The position numbers and the translations under genes are program-made. From positions 25,384 to 89,383 of the IMG/VR virus record IMGVR_UViG_3300033121_001944: DNA of 64,000 nucleotides. The stretch is one strand, 5' to 3'. Below, piece after piece: positions 1-10,055 of the stretch; position 1 is the first letter of the stretch, and every line of letters begins with the position of its first letter. The DNA is from a virus. Lineage: Duplodnaviria > Caudoviricetes. Below the pieces are notes generated by a model, which was not told where the DNA came from, did not search any database, and saw only the letters and a program-made list of their open reading frames with translations.

Positions 1-1
1 A

Positions 2-154
2 CTTTACCCAAAGATAAAGGCTGCCAAGCATATCATTCTTGATAATACTAACGAGCTTTATTCAAGGAACGTGTATAAGAGAATGGGTGAGCCGGAAGCT
101 CTTGGGTTAGGCGATATGAGATATATTTTAACGCCGTGGGAGCGAGTTAATTAG
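2..154 (+). CDS. 3' end of a virion (neck-region) protein, partial
   Basis: Open frame from the window edge (LYPKIKAAKH...PWERVN*); stop overlaps the GTG of the next gene. Confidence 0.5.
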   Translation, partial: LYPKIKAAKHIILDNTNELYSRNVYKRMGEPEALGLGDMRYILTPWERVN

Positions 155-819
155 TGCCCCTATTTAATAGAACTGATAGCAGAAAACTAGCTAAAGGCTT
201 AATGACCCAGGTCAGACAGCGCTATCGTTCTACGTACCCACAAATTAAGGCGGCTGTTAAAGAGTTGTTTTCCGAAAAGTTGAGAGGACAGTTCTATATT
301 AATGAAACTGTAGACTCTTGCATTAACGGGATTTTGAAGGCAGAGCTTGGTTTACAAGAGCCCGCTGCCTCTATGGAAGCTATTTTACTACGCATGTTAA
401 GTACGCTCACTATTAATGTGACGGCACCTAAAGACCAGACTGGCGTGTTACGTATTACCGTTCAAGCTGTTAAGGACGACCTTAACGATCTCATCGGATT
501 AGCGGCGGCAAGTCAAGACTGGACCGACAGAACTGGCTCCACCATTAAGGGCGAACCACTTCCATGGTTAGAATGGCTCTTAGTTGAAGGTAATAACGTT
601 ATTATACAAGACTACATCTTTCGCGGCGATAAACAGATCGGTCGTAGCGGCGAGAAGGCGATCATGCAAGAAGCTGAGGGCAAGTTTTGGAAAGTTCCCA
701 AGCAATATCAGGGCACGTTAACTGATAACTTCATCCTAGATATTTTAACCAAAACAGAGAAAGAGATGAGGAAGAGTTTATGGGAAACTGTGCGCCCTGT
801 AATAGCTCGGCTTTCTTAA
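154..819 (+). CDS. putative neck/tail-completion protein
   Basis: 221 aa; position upstream of the tail tube; function from synteny only. Confidence 0.45.
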   Translation: MPLFNRTDSRKLAKGLMTQVRQRYRSTYPQIKAAVKELFSEKLRGQFYINETVDSCINGILKAELGLQEPAASMEAILLRMLSTLTINVTAPKDQTGVLRITVQAVKDDLNDLIGLAAASQDWTDRTGSTIKGEPLPWLEWLLVEGNNVIIQDYIFRGDKQIGRSGEKAIMQEAEGKFWKVPKQYQGTLTDNFILDILTKTEKEMRKSLWETVRPVIARLS

Positions 820-1754
820 GTTTTAACCGAGTTTGCCATTACGGAAAATCTAATATTATTAGGCGGCTTGAGGTCGGGCTTCGCTATTTCTATGAATGGG
901 CTCTCTTAGGAATTGGGGCGTGGGCAGATGTTACTTACGATATGCCTACCTATGGCAGTGGGAATGCCTCATCTTTACGAGTGGCTAACTCTTACGGCTA
1001 TTTAACTAATCAGGTTTGGGAAGGCTTTCGCACTAACTGGGTTTATGAGACGGGAGTTACCTATACTGATTATACTGGCGGGACTCACCAGCCGTTGCCC
1101 GTTAATGTTTATGTAGCTAACGTTCTACAACCTACTGGCAATTACAATATTAATTATAAGCTCGGTCAGGTCATTTTTAACTCAGTCCCGGCATCAACTA
1201 ACGTTAAGGCTTCTTACTCCTTTAAGAATGTGCAGGTGTTATTGTCGGACGAGGTTCCGTGGTACCAGGAATTCCAGTATCAGAGCTGGACTCCAGATAC
1301 TGACATGTTCACCCAAAATGATCGCGGCGACTGGTTTGTTGGCGGTAATCATCGCGTCCAATTCCCTTGTATCATTATACAGGCAGCCGCCAAGGGCACG
1401 AAGGAAGCAGCCCATTTAGGGGGCGCCATGGTTTATCGTGAGCAAGATGTTCAATTTCACATTCTCGCAGAGGATAGTATCATGCGGGACAATTTACTGG
1501 ACTTAGTTTTATTACAAGGAGATCGCTGCATTCAGCTTTTTGACATTGATGCGGCGGCGGCGGCACTAGATATGCCACTTGATAATAACGGGCTGAGAGT
1601 CGGCAAGATGTACCCCTACCTCCTAGAGAATTACTGCTGGGCAAATACTCGTATTGAAAATGCCCGCATTACCTCAAAAACTTCGTACAATTGTGGGTTG
1701 CATGATGCCACGATTAAACACACTTATTCCGTATATTTCAGCAACCTTTGCTAG
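780..1754 (+). CDS. putative tail terminator / minor structural protein
   Basis: 324 aa; beta-rich N-terminal half; C-terminal half resembles a tail terminator; directly precedes the tail tube. Confidence 0.45.
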   Translation: MGNCAPCNSSAFLSFNRVCHYGKSNIIRRLEVGLRYFYEWALLGIGAWADVTYDMPTYGSGNASSLRVANSYGYLTNQVWEGFRTNWVYETGVTYTDYTGGTHQPLPVNVYVANVLQPTGNYNINYKLGQVIFNSVPASTNVKASYSFKNVQVLLSDEVPWYQEFQYQSWTPDTDMFTQNDRGDWFVGGNHRVQFPCIIIQAAAKGTKEAAHLGGAMVYREQDVQFHILAEDSIMRDNLLDLVLLQGDRCIQLFDIDAAAAALDMPLDNNGLRVGKMYPYLLENYCWANTRIENARITSKTSYNCGLHDATIKHTYSVYFSNLC

Positions 1755-1788
1755 AAATGGTGTATTAAAAATACAGGAGATATAAAAT

Positions 1789-2988
1789 ATGGCAACAACT
1801 TGTGGTGGCATTAAGTGGCCCACGCAACAATTTGGTATAAAAAATGTCAGTGGGGCTGTTAATTATCAGTTCACCTGTGCGAATTTGCTTTCTGGCGTCC
1901 AGGCGGTTGGTATGAATGCCAACTTTGACCTTCAGCCCATTTTTACTTTTACCCAATCTGAAATTTATGAGTTGAACGAAGGTCTGCCTCAGATCGAAAT
2001 GACGGTTAACCGCATTTTGGACGGAAGCTGCCCAACTTATTTGATGGCGTCTGTTGACGCCCCAAATCCGACGTTGTTCGGTCGAACTCCCTCCAAGTCT
2101 ATTCTTGGCTTATCCATTTTCCCATGCACGTTGGATAGAGCGACGGGAACCCCGACCTCTATTCTAGCCGTTTCCGGTGCTCAGGTTAGCTCAATCGGCT
2201 ATAACTTCGGTGTAGACGGTCCTTTCACGGAAGATGTTACTTTCGTCGCCAATAACATGATCTGGGATCAGACTAGCGTTAGCGGTCATAAGGGTTATGT
2301 TGGACAGAACCTTAGCTCACGATTCCTTGCCGATATTGCTACGCTGCAGTTTAGCGGTTGCAATGCAACGAATAATGCTACTCCTCGCGATCAAAACGTC
2401 GGCGTGGCTTTCCGAGAAGATTTGAAGTTCACCTTCGACAGCGCCTATGGTGTTGACTCGAACGGAGCTATTAAAGATCCCGATTCTACCATTCTACCGC
2501 CCGATATTTACGGCATTACATCTAGCGGAACGAATACATCTAACGTGCCCCTCCAATCGATTTCCGTAAGTGTAGACCTTAATCGAGAAGACATTAATAT
2601 TCTTGGTAAGCGCGGTCCTCAGAACAGAACGATTACGCTGCCAATTCAGGTCAGCACTAATATCGATGTGACGAGCGATACTGACCACCTCGTTTCGGCA
2701 ATTGAAGACGGTATTATCCGTACGACTGGATCTGGAACGTGCTTAACTTCACGGAACTTGATTAATCGTACGATTCGTATCGCAAGTTGCGAAGGGCTCC
2801 GAATTTACACGGGTCTCCGCAATAAATTGTTGAGCGTGTCGCGAAGCGGCGGTGATACTGGTGGTGGTAACGTAACGATTACTTACAGTTTCCAAACCTA
2901 CAACACTTTCGTCGTGTTGCATGAACATGACCTTAACCCGTCTGGCGCTGGCTGGTGGGCGAGTCGTTCAACCTACCTTGCTGAGTAA
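1789..2988 (+). CDS. major tail (tube) protein
   Basis: 399 aa, S/T/G/N-rich beta protein, AGGAG RBS, upstream of chaperone-like genes and tape measure. Confidence 0.6.
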   Translation: MATTCGGIKWPTQQFGIKNVSGAVNYQFTCANLLSGVQAVGMNANFDLQPIFTFTQSEIYELNEGLPQIEMTVNRILDGSCPTYLMASVDAPNPTLFGRTPSKSILGLSIFPCTLDRATGTPTSILAVSGAQVSSIGYNFGVDGPFTEDVTFVANNMIWDQTSVSGHKGYVGQNLSSRFLADIATLQFSGCNATNNATPRDQNVGVAFREDLKFTFDSAYGVDSNGAIKDPDSTILPPDIYGITSSGTNTSNVPLQSISVSVDLNREDINILGKRGPQNRTITLPIQVSTNIDVTSDTDHLVSAIEDGIIRTTGSGTCLTSRNLINRTIRIASCEGLRIYTGLRNKLLSVSRSGGDTGGGNVTITYSFQTYNTFVVLHEHDLNPSGAGWWASRSTYLAE

Positions 2989-3017
2989 GCAGGCTTTTAA
3001 AAAGACTTTGTTAGAGA

Positions 3018-3974
3018 ATGAAAGATTTGATAGCTCATGTGCTCTCACCTTACAGACAGGTGAGGGTTTGGGGCAAGACTTATAAAGTCAAACAAAATAT
3101 AAGTTGGGAGCTGCAAGAGGAGTCTCAAGCTCTCGTCGATTCAATCATTCACAAGCATCGTTTTGAACATTTACTGCGACGTAGCCAAGTAGAGCCCATC
3201 CTTCAACGGTTGGGCTTTTCTATTGAGGCGATGCCTGAGCTGGCAGATCGCATTAAATATTTAAAAAAAGAACTCTATAAGAAGTTTCCAGACCTCGTAG
3301 CCCAGCGACCTTATCGATCTCAGCTTTTGGGCGGTAAAAAGGAGCTGCTCTCTCTACATGCCGAGATTGGTTCACTTGACACGCACACGCTCGAATTCTT
3401 TGCTGAAAAGATGGGCTCCTTTCATTGTATTAAACATACTATTTTAAAGTGCCCGCGACATTTACGAAACGATTTCTCTTTTCTTGAGAACGCCTATTAT
3501 GCGCTTTTACGGGAAACCGTATCAGTTGATAGACTAAGGGGGCTTGCTCGCAATGACTTTTGGCGTAGCGTTTGGTCTTCCAAAAAGATGGGAGCTTTTC
3601 GCCTCCACCCCCTAACTGAAGAGCAATTGGCTTTATCCAGCTATAGTCGTATGTATGATAATATTATGAATCATTCAGAGCCGCCCCCCCAGGCAGTAAT
3701 TGATGACGATGATATGTTGGACGGGTGGCTCTTAATACAGCAGGAAGATCGGTCGAAAAAGAAGCAGCCTACTTATGGACATAAGATTGATAGCGCCAAA
3801 GAGATTTTTGTTATGGCACAAGGTCAAGATCACGCCAACAGTATTTATGAAATGAACGATCCAGAACAGCGTGCCATTCAGAACGTTCGTCAAAAACAAT
3901 TAGGCATGCGAGGTCGAATAGAGTTCGGTCAATTTGCCGACGTACAAAGGAATATTCAGAATGCATCGCGATGA
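3018..3974 (+). CDS. hypothetical protein (tail assembly region)
   Basis: 318-aa helical, charged ORF between tube and tape measure. Confidence 0.6.
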   Translation: MKDLIAHVLSPYRQVRVWGKTYKVKQNISWELQEESQALVDSIIHKHRFEHLLRRSQVEPILQRLGFSIEAMPELADRIKYLKKELYKKFPDLVAQRPYRSQLLGGKKELLSLHAEIGSLDTHTLEFFAEKMGSFHCIKHTILKCPRHLRNDFSFLENAYYALLRETVSVDRLRGLARNDFWRSVWSSKKMGAFRLHPLTEEQLALSSYSRMYDNIMNHSEPPPQAVIDDDDMLDGWLLIQQEDRSKKKQPTYGHKIDSAKEIFVMAQGQDHANSIYEMNDPEQRAIQNVRQKQLGMRGRIEFGQFADVQRNIQNASR

Positions 3975-4272
3975 CTTTAACGCTAAATATAAGCTAAAAA
4001 ATGGTGTAGCTATTAGTATCAAAACTGTCATGATCGGGGCTCTTTCTATCTTTGAGAAATATTTTGCAAAGGAGATAGAGGAGAATCCTGAAAAATGGGA
4101 AGCTGCACGTAATGAAATTTTAGGGCGGGGGCATGAAAGTTTAGAAATTGCCTCTAACCATTTTAATCGGTTTTGTGTGAATTTTAAGAATTTTGTCAAA
4201 GACTCAGAAGGAGAATTTCAGAATGGCAAACCAAGAGACTTTCGAACTGGACGGCAAGACTTACAAGGTTAA
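3934..4272 (+). CDS. hypothetical protein
   Basis: 112-aa ORF overlapping both neighbours; real start possibly 3961. Confidence 0.5.
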   Translation: MPTYKGIFRMHRDDFNAKYKLKNGVAISIKTVMIGALSIFEKYFAKEIEENPEKWEAARNEILGRGHESLEIASNHFNRFCVNFKNFVKDSEGEFQNGKPRDFRTGRQDLQG

Positions 4273-4873
4273 GCTTCCTAACTCTAAACAGCGAGAAGAG
4301 GGCGAGCGAATTCATGCTCGGGCATTTGCTCTAGCACTTAAGAATGGCGGCTTCCTAGAGGGCAATATTTATAAGGTCGCTCGTGAGAACGGCTTGTGGG
4401 ACGATCAAAAGGAAGCGGAGATGGCGGCTATTCGGCAAGAACTGTCCGACAAAGAGCGTATCCTCGAAGAGGGCGGCATCGAGCTAGAAGAGGCTGAGAA
4501 GGTAGCCAACGAGATGAAGGAGCTTCGCTATAAGCTGTTGGTTAGCAACTTTATTCTAGAAGAGATTCGTGCCCAGTCAGTTAATCGCAAGGCGGACTCT
4601 GCAAAGATTGATTACTTTGTAAGTTGTTGCACTTTTGATGAGCGAGATAAGCCCGTTTTTTCCAATTTGGACGATTATTACACTAGACAGAATGAGGACA
4701 TCGTTGGCGTCGCTACGTTGGCTTTTTCTAAGATCTGGTACAACTATAACGAAAATACTTTTAAGTTTGCGGAAGATGAGTTCCTTGAAGAGTTTAACTT
4801 AGTTAAGCCCGCACCGGAGCCCGTTAAACGTAAACCTTTCTTAAAGGGTGGTGTTCCGGTAAATGGCGAGTAA
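4223..4873 (+). CDS. putative tail assembly chaperone
   Basis: AAGGAG RBS before ATG 4223; acidic helical protein immediately before the tape measure. Confidence 0.5.
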   Translation: MANQETFELDGKTYKVKLPNSKQREEGERIHARAFALALKNGGFLEGNIYKVARENGLWDDQKEAEMAAIRQELSDKERILEEGGIELEEAEKVANEMKELRYKLLVSNFILEEIRAQSVNRKADSAKIDYFVSCCTFDERDKPVFSNLDDYYTRQNEDIVGVATLAFSKIWYNYNENTFKFAEDEFLEEFNLVKPAPEPVKRKPFLKGGVPVNGE

Positions 4874-7800
4874 CCTAGATTTAGATCTTGTATTAAAACT
4901 AAAAAATGCTGATGCGATTGTTAGGGAGCTACAAAATAAGCTAAAAGGTTCTAACCTTCAGAACCTTGGCAATATTTCTCTCCCTAAGGGTTTCGCTAAA
5001 GATCTACAATCTATCGCCAGGGCGTTAGGAACATCTAAAAATATTTCTCAAGAGGCTAAGAAAGCTTTTAGTGACTTAGCTTCTACTGCAGGTAGAGCGG
5101 GCTCCAATATTAAGGGAGTGACGTCTGTCTTGGGAGCGTACTCTACCGCTATGACGGCGGCTAAACGGTCGCAAGAGCAGCTTAATAAGGAGCAGACTCG
5201 CAGCATCGGGCTATCTGAAGAGTTTGGTCGTCAGACGGGGTCCATCGCTAAGAGGTTCGGCGGCTTCCTCATTGCACAAGCAATCGTTAGACGGCTAGGC
5301 GAAGCCTTTAAGGAAGCGGCACGACAAGCTATTGATTTTGAGCGGGAAATCATTAAGCTTGCCCAATTTCAAAATACTACGATTGAGCAAGCTAAAAAGC
5401 TCGGCGACTTTGTTGAACAGTTATCATTTAAATTTGGCACAAGTTCTGAATCCCTAGTAAAAAGTGCTCAAATTCTAGCCCAGGCTGGTCGGTCGGCTGG
5501 TGAGATTAAGTCTATTTTGGCTGCTCTTGCACCCGCAACATTAACGGCGTCGTTCGAAGATCTTGGCGGGGCTACTGAATCGCTAAATGCCTTACTTGGT
5601 CAGTTTGATATTAGTGCATCTAAATCTACACAGGTTTTAGATGAGTTGAATGCGGTAGCAGAAGCTTTCAATGTTAGTATTGACGAGCTGTTTGACGGTC
5701 TAAAGAGAGCTGGTTCTACCTTCGCCGCTTTGTCGGGTGTTAAGGAGGGGATTACGCCCGGCACTCAAGCGTTGAGGGAATACGCCGCCTTATTCACTAC
5801 TGTCATTGACACGACTCGTGAAGGTGCCGACACAATTGGTACAGCCCTTAAGACCATTTTGCCTCGTTTACAGCGTGGTGAAACTCAGCAGCTATTAAAG
5901 AGCTTTGGTATTGACTTACTTAGCGATAAGGGAAAGTTCGTAGGTCCACTAGAAGCCTTCAAGCGGATTAGCGAGGGCTTGAAAGATATTAGTGCTCAAA
6001 GCCCCGCCTTCTCCAAGATTGTGGAAGAGTTGGGTGGTAGCCGCCAATTCGGTAGAGTGTTACCACTCTTAGAAGAACAAACTAAAATACAGCGTGCTAT
6101 AGAGATCGCTAATAATGCGAAGGGCTCAGTTTATGAAGATGCGGAACTTGCCCAACAGTCTTTACAAGTACAAATTCAGAAAACGATTGAACGATTTAAG
6201 GAATTGTTGCGTGAGTTAACTGGCACGTCTACCTTTAAAGCTTTAGCCGCTTCCTTCTTAGGTCTAGCAAACTCCGCCATCACATTAGCGAATTCTTTAA
6301 AAGAATTATTGCCGCTTATTACATTGTTTGCAACTGCACAAGTTCTAACGAAGATCCCACCTTTCTCTCGCGGGTTTTCTCAAGGTATTGGATTCTCACG
6401 TAGAGCGACGTCCAATCCGTCAACTGGCTTTAGCAATGGTGGTATTGCAGCTAAGGTTACTCCCGGCGAAATGATCTTCAGTGCGGCAGCCGTCAAAAGA
6501 GAGGGGCGTAGTACACTCGATTATTATAATAAGACGGGTGACCCTTCGCGACTTAAAAGTCTTGCTGGCACCTACATTGTCCCAGGTACCGGCAACTCTG
6601 ATACTGTAAATATGACATTAGAAGATGGCAGCTATGTCATTAAGAAGTCTAGTGTTAACAGATCGCGACGCGGCTTTAATATGGGTGGGCATGCAGCCAA
6701 GAGACAGTACTATCAAGACGGTGGAAGCACAAATAAAGATCCTATTCAATTTTTATTAGATTCTTTAAATAAAAAAGCTAAGTCGGGTCAAGCCGCATTA
6801 TTTATAGATAATAATAAACAGGTCACTGCAATGGTTAAGCAATTGCAACAAATCGCAAAGGCAGCCAATGTACAACTTGCTTTCTTTAAGGGATCAAAAA
6901 GTATCTTTGGAGCCGCTAATAGTAAAGGCATTTTACTTAACAGTAATCTTACAGAAAATCCTGGTGGCGTAAAAAATCTATTAACAACTTTCTTGCATGA
7001 ATTAACTCATGCACTACAAATAGATAATACGGACACTAAAGTGCCATCATATGTCGCTCGTCAAGGAGTTAGGGAGTACGAAAAAGCAAACGGTAGAACT
7101 TTATCTCCAATAGAGGCTATGCGAGAATCGCGAGCTAAAGTTTTTAATCTAAACACTGTCTCCCCCTTTGTCAGTAAAAAAGATGCACAGAATACCTTAG
7201 ATTATTTAGCGTCGTCTAACTCTGGTAATATTAGAGAGAGATTAAAAGCAAAACTAGAAGGTGCCGCTAAAAGAATCGATGATGATTATCTCGCTAAAGC
7301 ACGACGTCGAGTTAATCAGATTGATGCAAGACTACAAAGGTCAGGTGGGGGGTCTCTATCTGCTGAAGCTCGCCAATCGCTACAGACCACTATAGCGGAT
7401 CGGCTAATTGCTAGGCGAGGCGGCTTTCAAGAGGGGGCGTCTTCGCCGATTTCTTTATCTGGACCGAATCAGCCGATCTTTACCTCTTCAAATGCTGGGA
7501 TGACAGAAAGATTTGTAAGTGGGGCACGCGGAGCCGCTCAAAATACTCGCGCCTTTTTCAGGCGTCCAATCTCCAATGAAACCTTTGGTAAAATCCAGAC
7601 TGGCTCGTTCGCTTTAGCTTTAGCTGGCGGGCAGTTTGCTAACTCGCAAACGGAGACTGGTCAACAAATTGGAGGCGCTCTGACGGGAGCATCTATTGGA
7701 CTACAGTCTTCGCTATTAACAGCTAATCCGCTGATCATCGCCTTCGCTACTCTTTCGGCTGCCGCTATAGGGGCTGCTTCTGCTCTAAAAGAATTTAGGC

Positions 7801-10055
7801 TTCAACAACAAAATAAAAGAGACAGTAGTGCTGTAGAACGCTTCTCGCAAGGTAAAGCGAGTTTAAGCGAAATTGACGCTGCCCTTGCTCAGTCAACGGC
7901 ATTCGGCTTTAAAGATAAGCCTCTAAAAAAAGGAGCTTTTGCTTCTTTAAATGTTTCATCTAAGCCAGAATTAGCCGACGCTTTTCGCAACACATCGCTT
8001 GGCGAAAGATCAAAAGTTTTTTTTAGTCTAGACGGTTTATTATCTGAGTCTTCTAGCTCAATCAACGTGGCAAAAGCTGCACGAGCTAAAGAGTTGGAGC
8101 GTGTTCGAGGTAATTTTGCTGTAGCTTCTGAATCTCAAGCCGATTTAGTCCGCGAAAAAGTAGTACGCTCAATTCGTGCTGGTGCGCCTATCAGTAATGA
8201 GGCGTTAATAGCTAAATTTACAAAAGATCCAGCTCAAGCGCGCCTGCTTGCACTTCAAAATAAGGCTTTAAAAGATCCACGCCAATTAAATATTGATAAA
8301 CAAGCTGTAGATCTTGCTGCCGGAGCAATACGCCAACTTGCTGATGAGACGCGCGACCTTAATAAGCCAATGGGCGAGTTATCGAAAAAAATAGCTGATG
8401 CCGCAAAAAGCTCAATCTTATTATTTACAGCTTTTGATCGTATTAATAGTGGCTTAACTACTCTAAGTGCTGTCTTATCGCAAACTGATCAAGCAATTGA
8501 GGCTACATTATCTGGAGGAATCACCAATAAGACGTCGATCAACAATTTTGCAAATCCGTTTGGAGTAGGTCGCCAAGTTTTTGGTGACTCTATTAATAAT
8601 CTGGCATCTCAACTTGGCATTAATGAGTTACAAAATCCCGGCTTTCAGGCGGCGGCTCAAGCTGCTATGATGGCTAATTTAATTAAGACTGAACTTCCCA
8701 CATTACTTAATGATGCATCTGCAAATTCACCTTTAGATACGACGATCAGTCAAACGCTGACAAAAGCCCTGCCAACGGTTTTGACGCCTCAGCTCCGCGA
8801 ATACTTTTCCGGTATTATCGCAACCAATTTTGAGGGGGAGCAAGATAGGTCCGTTAAAGGACTTAGCGAGCAGGAAATTGAGGCGATTGTACAAAAATTT
8901 GGCGGTGCTGCCGGTGTAGGAAAAGACATATTATCGACAGTCCAGGAGTTGGCGAATCAAAATATTGTTCGTCAAAATCAGCAAGCGGCTTCGTTAGCTG
9001 GAGCCAGATTAGATGTTGCCCGTCAACAGATTGGATTGAACCAGCTTGATACACGACGGCAAGTAACCGCCTCTGAAATTTTGGGAACAAGATCCCCGCT
9101 CGCCGATAGGGGTGCAGCCATCGCCTCTTTACGTGGTGACGCTGCCACAATTCTACGTGGTCAGCCTAACTCTGCCGACATCAGAACTCGTCTTGCCGAA
9201 ATTAATAAGACTGGCGTTACCGCTGAAAACGTGACTGAATTTACCCGCCTAACAGAGGCTCTCAAATTATTGAGCACGGATACTCGCGTACTTGACGCTA
9301 CGATGCAGAAAAATAATGAACTGAATCAAGCTCAGCAAGGCTCTCGCAACATAGCTGACCGTTTACTGGGGGGACCTCAGGAAATTGTAAAGTTCAATCA
9401 ACAATTGGATGACTTCCGCAGAATAGCGGCGGGCGGAGATGTGGGCGGACCACGCGCCTTGGAAGCTTTAAATAATATGGAGCAGCTCTTACAAGCATTT
9501 ACTCCAGAGCAATTTAAGAAAATTACCGGTATTTCCAAAGATGAGGGCGAACAAGCTTTAAGAAATATTAGGGGAGAACAGACAGGTCGCATACTCGGCG
9601 GTGAAGCGGGGGCTGCGATTATTGGAAATATTCGTGGAGACGGACGTAAAGCCCTAGTGGATGAAGCTAATCAAGCCTTTGAGGTTATGCGGCGGGCTAG
9701 CGAAATTCTTAAGGAGCAGAATGAGGTTCAACTGGCTAAATCTATAGAAATGATGGACGCTCAGCAAAAAGCTTTTACGGTTGGTATACAGGAAGCCTTC
9801 AATAATGCGTTTAACTCGCAAGGCAGCTTAGATCTACAGAAAGCTCTCAATAATTTTAGCAACTCTTTTGGCGGCGAGGGGGCGTCCGTTGAGATTACTG
9901 GCAAAACCGACGTCGTTGTCTCTTTCAATGGGGCAAATGGTGTATTCAAAGATATCCAGAAAGATTTAGAGGGGGCTATCGGAAGAATCGTGAACGAACA
10001 AATTAAGAGCGCTCTTAAGACAAATCAAGGAATTGCGGGAGCCAACTCTCCATAA
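4863..10055 (+). CDS. tail tape measure protein
   Basis: 1730 aa, A/Q/L-rich helical; TP901-like core (FGTSSESLVKSAQILAQAG...LNAVAEAFNVSIDEL); VPGTGNSD motif; internal HELTH. Confidence 0.9.
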   Translation: MASNLDLDLVLKLKNADAIVRELQNKLKGSNLQNLGNISLPKGFAKDLQSIARALGTSKNISQEAKKAFSDLASTAGRAGSNIKGVTSVLGAYSTAMTAAKRSQEQLNKEQTRSIGLSEEFGRQTGSIAKRFGGFLIAQAIVRRLGEAFKEAARQAIDFEREIIKLAQFQNTTIEQAKKLGDFVEQLSFKFGTSSESLVKSAQILAQAGRSAGEIKSILAALAPATLTASFEDLGGATESLNALLGQFDISASKSTQVLDELNAVAEAFNVSIDELFDGLKRAGSTFAALSGVKEGITPGTQALREYAALFTTVIDTTREGADTIGTALKTILPRLQRGETQQLLKSFGIDLLSDKGKFVGPLEAFKRISEGLKDISAQSPAFSKIVEELGGSRQFGRVLPLLEEQTKIQRAIEIANNAKGSVYEDAELAQQSLQVQIQKTIERFKELLRELTGTSTFKALAASFLGLANSAITLANSLKELLPLITLFATAQVLTKIPPFSRGFSQGIGFSRRATSNPSTGFSNGGIAAKVTPGEMIFSAAAVKREGRSTLDYYNKTGDPSRLKSLAGTYIVPGTGNSDTVNMTLEDGSYVIKKSSVNRSRRGFNMGGHAAKRQYYQDGGSTNKDPIQFLLDSLNKKAKSGQAALFIDNNKQVTAMVKQLQQIAKAANVQLAFFKGSKSIFGAANSKGILLNSNLTENPGGVKNLLTTFLHELTHALQIDNTDTKVPSYVARQGVREYEKANGRTLSPIEAMRESRAKVFNLNTVSPFVSKKDAQNTLDYLASSNSGNIRERLKAKLEGAAKRIDDDYLAKARRRVNQIDARLQRSGGGSLSAEARQSLQTTIADRLIARRGGFQEGASSPISLSGPNQPIFTSSNAGMTERFVSGARGAAQNTRAFFRRPISNETFGKIQTGSFALALAGGQFANSQTETGQQIGGALTGASIGLQSSLLTANPLIIAFATLSAAAIGAASALKEFRLQQQNKRDSSAVERFSQGKASLSEIDAALAQSTAFGFKDKPLKKGAFASLNVSSKPELADAFRNTSLGERSKVFFSLDGLLSESSSSINVAKAARAKELERVRGNFAVASESQADLVREKVVRSIRAGAPISNEALIAKFTKDPAQARLLALQNKALKDPRQLNIDKQAVDLAAGAIRQLADETRDLNKPMGELSKKIADAAKSSILLFTAFDRINSGLTTLSAVLSQTDQAIEATLSGGITNKTSINNFANPFGVGRQVFGDSINNLASQLGINELQNPGFQAAAQAAMMANLIKTELPTLLNDASANSPLDTTISQTLTKALPTVLTPQLREYFSGIIATNFEGEQDRSVKGLSEQEIEAIVQKFGGAAGVGKDILSTVQELANQNIVRQNQQAASLAGARLDVARQQIGLNQLDTRRQVTASEILGTRSPLADRGAAIASLRGDAATILRGQPNSADIRTRLAEINKTGVTAENVTEFTRLTEALKLLSTDTRVLDATMQKNNELNQAQQGSRNIADRLLGGPQEIVKFNQQLDDFRRIAAGGDVGGPRALEALNNMEQLLQAFTPEQFKKITGISKDEGEQALRNIRGEQTGRILGGEAGAAIIGNIRGDGRKALVDEANQAFEVMRRASEILKEQNEVQLAKSIEMMDAQQKAFTVGIQEAFNNAFNSQGSLDLQKALNNFSNSFGGEGASVEITGKTDVVVSFNGANGVFKDIQKDLEGAIGRIVNEQIKSALKTNQGIAGANSP

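Noticed and set aside
3018-4873. Programmed tail-chaperone frameshift
   Set aside because: No convincing slippery heptamer at ORF ends; genes have their own starts
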